Source: Eledone cirrhosa
Lineage: Eukaryota
DNA length: 64,000 nucleotides
NCBI GenBank assembly: GCA_964016885.1
Contig: OZ024754.1
Span: 42,532,001-42,596,000 of the forward strand
Reading direction: 5' to 3'
This document shows positions 52,864-64,000 of the stretch, piece after piece; position 1 is the first letter of the stretch, and every line of letters starts with the position of its first letter. A model generated the notes under the pieces. The model had not been told where the DNA came from. It saw only the letters and a program-made list of their open reading frames with translations, and made no database searches. The translations under genes and the position numbers were made by a program.

Positions 52864-54835
52864 TATGAAAATGATGTATCAGAGTTCTGTCAAGAATTAT
52901 TCAATCAAAATGGTTATAGTAGTGGTGTAGTAATGACTGTTGTAGTGGTATAATGATTGAGAGAATATCAAGAAAAGTGTGTGTATGGAGTGGTATGTGT
53001 GGTGTGGTGTGGTATGTCTGATTGTGTGTGTGTGTATTGATCCCACTCTGGCAGAGATTTAATATTTCACTAAGTTTCACTGCTGTCCTATGTTGTCAAT
53101 TTAATTGACACTTATTTTAGCAATTAGTTGACAGTATTGACATGTTCACATTGACAGTTATTGGGGTTGACAACATTGAAGTCAGTGTTGCTGTGATTGA
53201 TGTCAACAGGTGACAGTGTTGTGACTGAGTGATGTCAACAGCATAGCTGTTATTAATGTTGACAATGTTGTGACTGATGTTGACAGTGTTGTTATGATTG
53301 TGACTGATGTCAACACTATTCCTGTCATTGATGTTGACATGCTGGGGATCAAAATGACAGTATTGATGTTGACAGTGTTGCTGTGACCGATGTTGACAAT
53401 ATTTCTGTCACTGATGTTGCTACTAAAATAAGGTTTTAAATTAACAGCTTTCATATTTAGAATTAGAGTATGTATTGTAATAAATGTTGTCATGAACCAA
53501 GTTTTCTTGAGATTATCTGTGCTGGCCATAGATTAAAGCTTTCCCAGTCTATTAATTCGTTGTCATCTCCTCTTGTCATGTAGATCCTATAGTCTCAGGA
53601 TCCTATAGTCTTGGGATCCTATAGTCTTGGGATCCTATAGTCTCAGGAATCCTATAGTCTTTCTAGATGATAACCACTGGTTCTAATTTGGCCATTTTAG
53701 GTTGAAAAAAGACCAAAATATTTTCACTCTTTTACAGTTTCAGTACAATTTTTCACATCTTAATTCTGTCATGAACTTTGCTATTCAGACCAGCTCCAGA
53801 AATGAAGCGAAACAATAAACATGGAGAAAAACCAACTTTAAAGTCACTCACACTAGCTTACAAGAGAAACTTGTAGTAATCAATGTTGCTAGAAAGAGGT
53901 TGAAACCAGTGTAACAATACTAGAATCCCATCCCTATGGAAACAGCATCACAAGTATTTTGTCATAAAATGTCATTTTTGAATTAGTCTTTTTTTTTTTT
54001 TAATGCTGTTATCACAGGTTAGACATTTTTTTTCATTTCAAATTTCGAACAAAATTTTGACATTTGTACAAAAAATACAAAAAAACAAAACAAAAAAAAC
54101 TGATCCTTTAATATTGAATGTTCAAATTAATTTCAAATCAGATAAACTTCTGTTTTACAACAAAGATAGAATGGAATAAAAACCAAATAACACAGATTCC
54201 AAGAGTAAAGACTGACACAAAGCCATCTTGTCTCCCCATGCTTAAGTAAAAGTTGGGACACACAGACACATATTTTCATTTCTAACAACTTATATGAAAT
54301 ATAAAAAAATATACTAAAAAGCATACTAAACTTAAGAGCAGTGTTTATCTATATAAGCACACAGAAACACCTACACTCGCACACATATACACACACACAT
54401 ATACATCTACACACTTATCCATTAACATATTTCCAGTAATATAAAACAGAAGAAAAAAAAAAGAAACTTTTTCTTAGATTGTTTTCGAAATACAAGAAAT
54501 AAAAACAAAATAACAATAAATAATAATAATGATAATAATAAAAATAATAAAAATTAATTCCTGTGCCTTTTTCTTGCCGCCATTTTGAAATTTTGCCAAA
54601 CATTTTTTTTTTTTAATTAAAAAAAAAATCTTTGTATATTTGTTTGTTATTTTATTTCTGAGATACAACTTTCACAGATTCTACCCCCAACAACCATGCT
54701 TTGTTTTTTGTTTTTTTTTTCTTAAGGTATCGTATAATCTTTTAATCTTTGTTTAAATCTGCATACTGATTGCACATAGCTGCAACAGATCACTGCCTTC
54801 TGCAGCAGACACATGAAAGACTTTACTGCAATTTA

Positions 54836-54895
54836 TTATCCATAGGAAATGTATTTTGACAGAAGATCTTCGATATCTTTGTCGGTTTTTTCATC
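54836..54895 (-). CDS. RMDN family last coding exon (DEKTDKDIEDLLSKYISYG*)
   Basis: ttttggcAG acceptor, in frame, TAA stop, then an AT-rich 3' UTR. Confidence 0.8.
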   Translation of the reverse strand, partial: DEKTDKDIEDLLSKYISYG

Positions 54896-55413
54896 CTGCC
54901 AAAAGAGAAATAAAAACAAGGCGCTAATTGACGAGGTTGACGATATGTTTATGTGTGTATATATATATGAAGTGTATGTTTATGTGTGTGTGTATATATA
55001 TATATATAAAGTATGTGTTAATGTGTGTATATATATATGAAGTATGTTTATATGTGTATATATATGAAGTATGTGTTAATGTGTGTATATATATATATGA
55101 AGTGTGTTTATGTGTGTATATATATATATATGAAGTGTGTTTATATGTGTGTATATATATATATGAAGTGTGTTTATATGTGTGTATATATATATATGAA
55201 GTGTGTTTATGTGTGTGTATATATATATATATATATGAAGTGTGTGTTTATGTGTGTATATATATATATGAAGTGTGTTTATGTGTGTGTATATATGAAG
55301 TGTGTGTTTATGTGTGTATATATATGAAGTGTGTTTATGTATAACTGTGAAATAACAAAACATGGCAGGGTTAGTTAATAACAGAAAGATGACTTTCTTA
55401 TAAATTCACTTAC

Positions 55414-55494
55414 ATCAATTTCACTTCGTTTTAATGCCTTGGCTTTCAACAGCCATTTCACTGCTTCTGAATATTTTTCCATCTCTGCGTAACA
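55414..55494 (-). CDS. RMDN family exon (CYAEMEKYSEAVKWLLKAKALKRSEID)
   Basis: ttttcAG/GTAAGT; resembles RMDN3 CYRELGKNSEARWWMKLA. Confidence 0.88.
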
Positions 55495-55634
55495 CTGAAA
55501 ACATACAGATGAAACATTTTATTACTGAAAGGTACAGATGAAACATTTTATTACTGAAAGGTACAGATGAAACATTTTATTACTGAAAGGTACAGATGAA
55601 ACATTTTATTACTGAAAGGTACAGATGAAACATT
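55494..55634. repeat. 29-bp tandem repeat of the RMDN 3' splice-site region
   Basis: ACTGAAAGGTACAGATGAAACATTTTATT at 55524, 55553, 55582, 55611. Confidence 0.92.
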
Positions 55635-56116
55635 GAGAAAGAGAGAAATTTAAAATGAATATGTTGTTTACAATATATATTATTAATGTATGGAAACCTA
55701 AGGCTCCAGGTAGAGCCGCTACTTCTCTGAATTGAGAGATCACAGTTCCAATACTATGGAGGGCATGTGGTTAGAATGTCTCAGGAAAGAATCGCTGGAC
55801 AGATTTTACAGGCAAAAACCAACAGGTAGGAAACCCAGGGGTAGACCCCGAGCAAGATGGTTGGTTAACATTCATGAGCTTGGCTGGTAACACTTGGGAA
55901 CCTAGCAGGATCAGTTGGAGACGGTTGCTTCTGACAGGACCCGCTGGGAGGAGGGCTAGAGGACTCTGTCCCCGCGACCCTCTCAGGAATAAGTGGGCAA
56001 AGAAGAGTATGATGAGTACCAAGTGGAAGAAAACACAGGAAGATGTTGAACTTCACAGAAGAGATGACAGGAAAGAAACAATGGAGAGGACATATATACA
56101 TATATCACAAGGTGGA

Positions 56117-56883
56117 CCACATCATATGTGGCCCACCTTATAAAGAGCTACATCCTATGTGGCCTACCTTATAAAGAGCTACATCCTATGTGGCCTACCT
56201 TATGATGAGCCACATCCTATGTGGGCCCACCCTATGATGAGCCACATCCTATGTGGCCCACCTTATTATGAGCCACATCCTATGTGGGCCACCTTATAAA
56301 GAGCCACATCCTATGTGGGCCACCTTATGATGAGTCACATCCTATGTGGCCCACCCTATGATGAGCCACATCCTATGTGGGCCCACCCTATGATGAGCCA
56401 CATCCTATGTGGCCCACCTTATAAAGAGCCACATCCTATGTGGCCCACCCTATGATGAACCACATCCTATGTGGCCCACCCTATGATGAGCCACATCCTA
56501 TGTGGGCCACCTTATAAAGAGCCACATCCTATGTGGCCCACCTTATAAAGAGCCACATCCTATGTGGCCCACCCTATGATGAGCCACATCCTATGTGGGC
56601 CACCTTATAAAGAGCCACATCCTATGTGGCCCACCTTATAAAGAGCCACATCCTATGTGGCCCACCCTATGATGAGCCACATCCTATGTGGGCCACCTTA
56701 TAAAGAGCCACATCCTATGTGGCCCACCTTATAAAGAGCCACATCCTATGTGGCCCACCTTATTATGAGCTACATCCTATGTGGGCCACCTTATATTGAG
56801 CCACATCCTATGTGGGCCACCTTATGATGAGCCACATCCTATGTGGGCCCACCCTATGATGAGCCACATCCTATGTGGCCCAC
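56117..56883. repeat. ~31-bp hairpin-forming minisatellite, ~24 copies, in an RMDN intron
   Basis: GAGCCACATCCTATGTGGCCCACCTTATAAA repeated. Confidence 0.95.
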
Positions 56884-56973
56884 TGCTCGAAAAAAGTTGC
56901 CCATGTCTGACTTAGATGTTGGAAAATGGATGTAAAAGAAAAAAAGAAAGAACGAAAGAGATATTTTACTCAC

Positions 56974-57027
56974 ACGAGCAATGTGTAACAGATTTTCTTT
57001 CCAAACCATGGGACGCAGCTTTTCTGC
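56974..57027 (-). CDS. RMDN family exon (AEKLRPMVWKENLLHIAR)
   Basis: tttttAG/GTGAGT; resembles RMDN1 AEQVDPNFYSKNLLLLGK. Confidence 0.88.
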
Positions 57028-57186
57028 CTAAAAATAAATTGAAAGATACTTTCTAGAGATAAATATATCATTTAATTAGTTAGAAAGCAACTCTGAAGAA
57101 AAATGAAAATATATTTCCTCAATGTCTAACTTGGAGGGGGTAAAGAGGAATAGATGAAGATCAATGTTAAAGTGAAATGATTTTAC

Positions 57187-57288
57187 CGTCATGAAATGAG
57201 CTAAGGTCTCCTGTGGAGACGTCTGGGGTGGATTGTTATTAAATATGAGGTGTGCGATCTTCCGCTCCATCCAAGTCATCATATACAC
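57187..57288 (-). CDS. RMDN family exon (VYMMTWMERKIAHLIFNNNPPQTSPQETLAHFMT)
   Basis: Resembles RMDN 'W.ERKIA..LF..PP..T..EAL..F'; phase 0-0. Confidence 0.9.
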
Positions 57289-57744
57289 CTGTGGAAAAGA
57301 AAACAAAAATAACAATCATCATCATCATAGTCTTATCGTCATCATCATCATCATTGTCATCATTGTCATCATTGTCATCACCACCATCACCACCATCATC
57401 ATCATGAATAAGTGACAAATAATTTCTTAGTCAATCATTGTCCCATTTCTTTCTTGTTTTGAATTGTAGTCCAAGAATCAGATGCAGTCTACAAGGGAGG
57501 AGACTGCACTGGTACAGACATGTAATGCATATGGATGATGATTGTTGGGTGAAGAAGTATCAGGAGTTCCTAGTGGAAGGAAACTGTGGAACAGGAAAAC
57601 CAAGCTGACCCTCATAAAGGAGATGGCCAAGGAGAGAGTGACCCTCACCAAGGAGATGACCAAGGAGAGAGACAACAGGAAAGACTCCATGATGGAGAGA
57701 AGTATTCAACTCATGCAAACATAAAAATGATGATGATGAGTGTT

Positions 57745-58240
57745 GTATAATAATAATGAAATTATTGTGTACAGTGCTCAGGTGCACTACAACTCATCAA
57801 AGGTGCATGTATAGTACATAGAATAATGTACAAATGCCAGGAAAATGAACAGTGTATGAGTCATGAAATACATGTGTGCATGTGTATGGAGGGGGGGATA
57901 TCAGGTGTAGTGTTGGTGAATTTCAAGAAGCATGGAAGGTTTTAAAGGGTGCAGTGTCTCGACAGCTAACAACTGATGCAGGTAGTTTGTTCCATGGAGG
58001 TTTTAAAGGATGCAGTGTCTCGACAGCTAACAACTGATGCAGGTAGTTTGTTCCATGCTTCTGCAACTCTGAGCATGAGAAAATGTTTCTGAAAGTCATG
58101 GGAGCTGTGCTGTTTTCTGACTTTGTGGGCATGCCCATGTGTGTTAGACACATGGAAATCAAAAAGATGCTTAGGGTTGTTGTTGGTAAGATGGTTAATA
58201 ATTTTGTGGGTGTTTACCAAGTCAGTTGTCAGAGCTTCAA
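57745..58240 (-). mobile_element. CR1/L2-type LINE 3' fragment
   Basis: DLVNTHKII...NTHGHAHKV...HF..RVAEAWNKLPASVVSC...SFK. Its tail GTGCACCTGAGCACTGTACAC also occurs at ~28550 and ~39440; a related fragment (YSERLASLG.DSLKLRRL) lies at ~37610..37705. Confidence 0.8.
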
Positions 58241-58265
58241 TGTATGTTTTAAATTTATTACTTAC

Positions 58266-58343
58266 CCTGTAGTGCCATCTACCCAGCATATAGTGAAGAA
58301 AAGCATCCTTTGGATTGAGTTTTAAACCTTGTTCAATATGGTA
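58266..58343 (-). CDS. RMDN family exon (YHIEQGLKLNPKDAFLHYMLGRWHYR)
   Basis: TPR-like LNP.D...LGRW.Y motif of RMDN; phase 0-0; ttttcAG/GTAAG. Confidence 0.9.
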
Positions 58344-59016
58344 CTGAAAAGATACAATGGGAAGAATATCGTAAGTGGAAATATGAAGGGAAATTGTCCA
58401 ATGGCAAGATTAGGCAAACCTTTCAGAGTTAATAAAGTTTTAGTTGGACTGAGGTCCAGGATAGCCAGAAACTTCCAGAATTATCAAAGGATGGCCTAGA
58501 CAGTCAGGACATTATAGAGATAAATATGATACCCAGGGTAGCTAGGCTATTGCATAAATAATACAGATACCCAGGGTAGCTAGAATATCACATAGATAAT
58601 ACAGATGCCTAGGGAAGCTAGAATATCACACAGATAATATAGATACCCAGGGAAACTAGAATATCACACAGATAATACAGATATCTGGGGGGAACTACAA
58701 TATCACACAGTTAATACAGATACCCAGGATAGCCAATAGTATTCTGAAATAAATCTATGATAACTCAATGGTTAGACAATTATATTTTATTTTACTTTAA
58801 CCCTTTAGTATTTAAATCGGCCGTATCATATCCAGCCAGAATTCTCTCACCTCCTTCTGTTCAAACCTGTCATAACTGGCTACTCATACTTTGTTAAAAT
58901 ATTGTTCTCAAAATAAATAATACCAAAATCTCGTAGATTTGATATTATGTGAGGTAAAGCCTTTTCTGTGAAAATACAATGGTAAATATAGAGTAATGTA
59001 AATGCTAAAGTGTTAA

Positions 59017-59312
59017 CCCTTTTCATACCAAACTTCCTGAAATTGACTCGAGTTCTGTTTATTTTAAAAAGGTTTATATTTATCTATAAACCTTTCATTT
59101 AAATTTTTGTTGAAGTTAGTTATTATGAAGTTAGGTTCTAAACACCAACTTAATAACAATAAAGTTAGTTATTATGAAGTTATGTTTCAAACACCAACTT
59201 AATAATGATAAAGTTAGTTATATCACAAAATCTCTTCAAATTCTGGATTATTTTCAAAATTATTTGAAACACATAAACAATATCTTTCATTAGAAATATT
59301 GTAACAAAAGGG
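59017..59312. mobile_element. piggyBac-type MITE family B. Relatives at 33275..33682 (RTE-interrupted), 34747..35123, ~42590..42816, ~14370..14830, ~63215..63330
   Basis: TTAA|CCCTTTT...AAAAGGG|TTAA termini; shared internal motifs GGTTCTATGA and CATTAGAAATA. Confidence 0.75.
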
Positions 59313-60442
59313 TTAATATTTTAACTATTAAATATTAGAGGGTTACATTAATACTTAACTATTAAATATTACAGGGTTACATTAATATTTTAACTATTAA
59401 ATATTACACATTAGACATTGTACTAACATTAATAACAATAGTGACAATAATAATAATAATAATAAGGGTTTTTGATTTAAGCACAAGGCCAACAATTTGA
59501 AAGGGAGGGGAAAGTCGATTTAATTGACTCCAGTGCATTACTGGTACTTTATTTTATTGACCAACCATACCAGTGTGGAAGATGGACGTTAAACGATGAT
59601 GATGATACCTGTAAGGATGAAAGGCAAAGCTAACCTCAGCGGAATTTGAACTCAGAACGTAAAAGGGCTGTAACTCTATGCCACAAAGCATGTTGTTCAA
59701 CGCTCTACCGATACTACCAACCCACCGTCCTCTTATATTAATAATAACAATAGTGACCATAATAATAATAATAATAAAAAACAGATTGAAAATGTTTTAA
59801 AAGCCAAGATTTTATAAATCCAATAGAAAATCCCTAAAAAAACAAAATAAAACAAAATATATAAATAAATGGTGGTAAATTTAGTTTTGTAAGTAGAGAA
59901 GGTGAAATATTAGAGATAGAATATACTGGAATACAAAGGTATAAGTTCTGATGTATAGGATCTGTGATATAAAGCTGGCCTATATAATGCTGTGATCATT
60001 ATAGCCTATAATAGTCTGAATATTATAGCCTATAGTATTTTGAACATTAAATATTTGTACCATTATAGCCTATAGTATTCTGTAACCTATAGTAGTTGTA
60101 CCATTATAGCCTATAGTATTTGTACCATTATAGCCTATAGTACTATGTACATTATAACCTATAGTAGTTGTACCATTATAGCCTATAGTATTCTGTATGT
60201 AGTGTTGTAAACATTACAAGTTCTCAGTGTGACTATAGAGATTCACTCAAAGGAAATTATGAAATCTAGCCACAAGATCCAAGATTGTAAAGATACAATG
60301 AGAATGGTGGAAATACATGATACAGTTAGACAGGTGTGTTCCTCTTTAGTTTCTACCTTAAAATTCAGGTGTTAAACAGAAATCAATATTTAGTTGTATC
60401 AGTCAAAGGAAACAACAATTACAAACTATAAAGGAAACGAGG

Positions 60443-60484
<42 letters not shown>

Positions 60485-63400
60485 CAATCAAGAAACAAAC
60501 AACCATCCAACTAAAAATTAAAAGTAAAAAAACACAAGAGCTTCCCAAATATGTTAGAGAAGAATAAGGCTTACCAAAATATAGCATTTCATAGGTTCAC
60601 CTGTGAAAAATCAATGTATATCCTGAAATTACTGCAGATAGAATTACCTGTGTTTGTATGTGTGTAGTGTGTAGTGTGTGTGTGTGTATGTGTGTGTGTA
60701 CGTGTGTGTGTGTGTGTGTGTTTTAACTCTTTCATTGCCCTATCTTTAATGAAAGATGCTTCATATGATTTTGAAATAATAATTAAAAAAAAAAAAATTG
60801 GGTTGGGGTTTAAATGGAGTGTAACAAAGTTGTGTAGAAGATAAATATAGTGGATGATGATGATGGTGGTGATGATGGTGGTGATATGACGATGGTGGTA
60901 GTGACGATGGTGGCAGTGACGGTGATGGTAGTGATGGTGATGGTGATGATGATGACAATGATGCTGGTGATGATGATGACGATGATGGTGATGATGATGA
61001 TGACAATCTAAACTGTGAGTTGAACTTTCCTGATACACTGTATATACTCAAACATGAACTGAGGAATATCTCCCCCCCCCCTCCCCAAAAAATCGATTTT
61101 AGAAGAGGTCAGCTAATATTCATGGTCAATATTTTGATTTTCCCCATCTTCAAATTCTACCTAAATAAGGTTTGGATTTTTGCCCATTTCTCAGACCTAA
61201 AATAGAGAGTTTGGCATATATTCAAGTATATAACGCAACTAAAGACATCCAGGAACAGCAATGGAGATACCATGTTACATAGAAAGCTCTTTATTACATC
61301 TTAGAGGCTTTGTTTTAATCTGTCAATAGTGATATAGCAGAGTCACTGTGGCACCAGAAAGAATACTTTATTATATTTGGTCTGACTGTGGGTTCTGAAT
61401 TGAAATCCTGTTGAGATCAATTTTGCCTTTTGTCCTTTCGGGGTTGATAAAATAAAGTACCAGTCAAATACTGGGAGCAATACAATCGTCTTTCCTCTTT
61501 CCCCACAAAATTACTGACCTTGTCCCTAAATTAGAAATCATTTTTTATTGAGGGTTGTGGATTGACAGAATTATTAGAGTGTCGGATAAAATCCTTTGTG
61601 GCTCTTTACAAATCCCATTGAAGTCAATTGTGTCTTTCGTCCTTCTGGGTTGATAAAATAAAGTACCAACCAGTCAAATACTGGGACTAATTTAAGGAAC
61701 AATCCCCTCACCCCTCCAACATTGCTGGCCTTGTGCCTGAATTAGGAACCAGACCAGAGGTGATAGATTGGTAGAACTATCAACCCTTTACCATTTACAT
61801 TAATATATATACTATTGTATTTTCACAGTAAAGTCTTTACCTCACATAACATTTACATTACTCTATATATACTACTGTATTTTCACAGAAAAGGCTTTAC
61901 CTCACATAATATCAAATCTATGAGATTTTGATATTATTTATTTTGAGAACAATACCTTAACGAGTGCCTGGTTCCAGTCAATTTGAACAGAAAGAGGTGA
62001 GAGAATTCTGACCGGATATGGCTGATTTAAATGCTTTGTGGCATTTGTGTTGGTTGTATGAGTTCCAAAGCCCGAGTTGAAATCTCACCTCTTTTCACTG
62101 ATAAAAGAGCAACATATATGCCAGAAATTACAACCAATAGATAGAATCAGAAATGGAAACAACAGTTGAAACAGTTTCCTTGATCTCATCTAGAAAATAA
62201 ATTTCTTCTCTTTCTTTTAAGCTGCTAAAAATACATATTCTTTTATGTAGCATTGTACAAAACCTAATTCTGTAGCCAGATAGGAAGAAGAAGCTACCAA
62301 GTACTTAATTCCAACAGAGAAAACTACAGCTTCTTTTTTTTTTTATTCTTTGTTGTTTTGTTAGTAACGCCTAAATACAGACAAAGCTAAATACAAACTA
62401 CTGTGACATTTTCAACAACTATAATCATGTAATTATTTTTACATTTTTACAAATTTTTCAATGAGTTATAAATCATTTAAATCTCAAACAGCTGGTAACA
62501 CCAGCAATTATATTTAAAGTAAATTTATTTTCGAAGAGTTAAAATCTAGACTATTTCTTTTTTTCTTTAACCCTTTAGCATTTACATTAGTCTATATATT
62601 CTATTGTATTTTCGTGGTAAAGGATTTATCTCACATAATATCAAATCTATGAGATTTTGATATTTATTTTGAGAACAATACCTTAACATTAGTATGAGTG
62701 GCCAGTTATGGTGAGAGAATTCTAGCCGGATACAACTGGTTTAAATGCTAAAGGGTTAAATATATAATTTATGCCTCTCTTTTCCTTTTAAGGAAATTTG
62801 TAGTTAAAATAGTTACAACTAATAACCTTTACAAATTTGATTTTAATAGTGTTACCATTATTATTCCAGTTTTTTTTACTTAAATGGAACCAAATTATTA
62901 ACCTGAACTTGTCTTTTTATCTGTCATTCTTCAGGCTCTGCTTTCACAGTTTTTTCCCCAAATTCTCAGTTTGTTCTCATTACATATCTACTTCCATCTA
63001 AGCTATTCTTTTGATAAACAACATCTGAGCCATCTAATTATTCTTACAGAACTTAGCTGTTAGTTCACAACCAGTTGGCCACTACTCATCTAACACCAAA
63101 GATATCATACAAAAACAACAACAAATGTTTTTAAAGGGCCATATTGCCTGTTAAAGTAGGGGTTAGCTTTGTAGACTTCATGACAAAGAACCTTTAAGTT
63201 ATATTCCAAACAATCCTGGTTCTATGATACAAAATTGTTTGTTTTAAAATGTTTATATTTATCTAAAAATCTTCCGACATATTTTATATAAGAACCTTTG
63301 TTAAGTTATGTTCCATACACCTGCTTAATAATGGTTTCTAATTTAAGCACAAAACCAGCAATTTGGGGGAAGGGGAAAGTTAATTTAAATCAACCCCAGT

Positions 63401-63495
63401 ATTTGACTGGTACTTGAATTTATCAACCTCAAAAGGATGAAAGGAAAAGTTGACCTTGGTGGGATCTGAACTCAGAACGTAGAGTCATAAGAAGG

Positions 63496-63640
63496 ACTGC
63501 CAAACAATTGGACCAACACTCTACCAATCTACTGCCAAACAATTGGACCAACACTCTACCAATCCACTGCCAAACAATTGGACCAACACTCTACCAATCC
63601 ACTGCCAAACAATTGGACCAACACTCTACCAATCCACTGC
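63496..63640. repeat. 35-bp tandem repeat (x4) within a SINE head
   Basis: ACTGCCAAACAATTGGACCAACACTCTACCAATCC repeated. Confidence 0.9.
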
Positions 63641-63844
63641 CCTACACCAACTTAATAGTGAGAAAGTTAGCTATATTGCTAAATTCCTCAAAATGATTTG
63701 AAAATATTAGGCAGTGCCAATCATTAGAGATTTGGTAATGAAACAGTTAATATTTTTTTTGTTATTCAGCAAGAAAAACACATCAACTTATTGCTTGATA
63801 ATATTTTTGATATTGTTTATCTCAAGACAAAGAAATTAACTTAC

Positions 63845-63920
63845 CTTGATGGAATAAGCCAATTCAATTTGCTGGCGGATCCCAAGATACTCAGTAAGGC
63901 TACCAACAATGACTGCATAC
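63845..63920 (-). CDS. RMDN/FAM82 family exon (WYAVIVGSLTEYLGIRQQIELAYSIK); gene starts right of the window
   Basis: Resembles RMDN1 WYAICLSDVGDYEGIKAKIANAYIIK; AG/GTAAGT boundaries. Confidence 0.88.
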
Positions 63921-64000
63921 CTTTAAAAATTAAACAAAAAACGAATAATATCTTTTATATTAAAGCTGTGGTATATTTTGTGTAAAACGCCTGTCGTGGA

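Noticed and set aside
60443-60483. Poly(A) run as a retrocopy tail
   Set aside because: No recognisable upstream processed gene or target-site duplication.

Overview
AT-rich, microsatellite- and transposon-dense eukaryotic DNA. It is most likely from an octopod cephalopod; this is inferred from the SINE/RTE repertoire and (TA)n load, not proven. Almost all ORF-track entries are simple-repeat artefacts. Reading splice sites by hand gives four spliced genes: (1) the first two coding exons of a Girdin/CCDC88-family gene (- strand, 2480->207, continuing left of the window); (2) a complete ARL14EP/ARF7EP-like gene (+, 30906..34635, 280 aa) whose first coding exon ends in a CENP-B/pogo-type helix-turn-helix, a candidate transposase-domain capture onto a SETDB1-associated cofactor; (3) a complete COX20 (+, 39990..42480, 101 aa); (4) the last six exons of an RMDN (FAM82)-family gene (-, 63920->54836). 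The intergenic and intronic space holds a 5'-truncated RTE LINE with an intact RT and an internal PHD-like finger, many RTE 3' tails, tRNA-derived SINEs, piggyBac-type and pogo-type MITEs, a non-autonomous Helitron and many minisatellites. About ten type-I hammerhead-ribozyme-like motifs, resembling Penelope pseudo-LTRs or retrozymes, lie next to (TA)n or (ATT)n tracts, several inside long fold-back palindromes.
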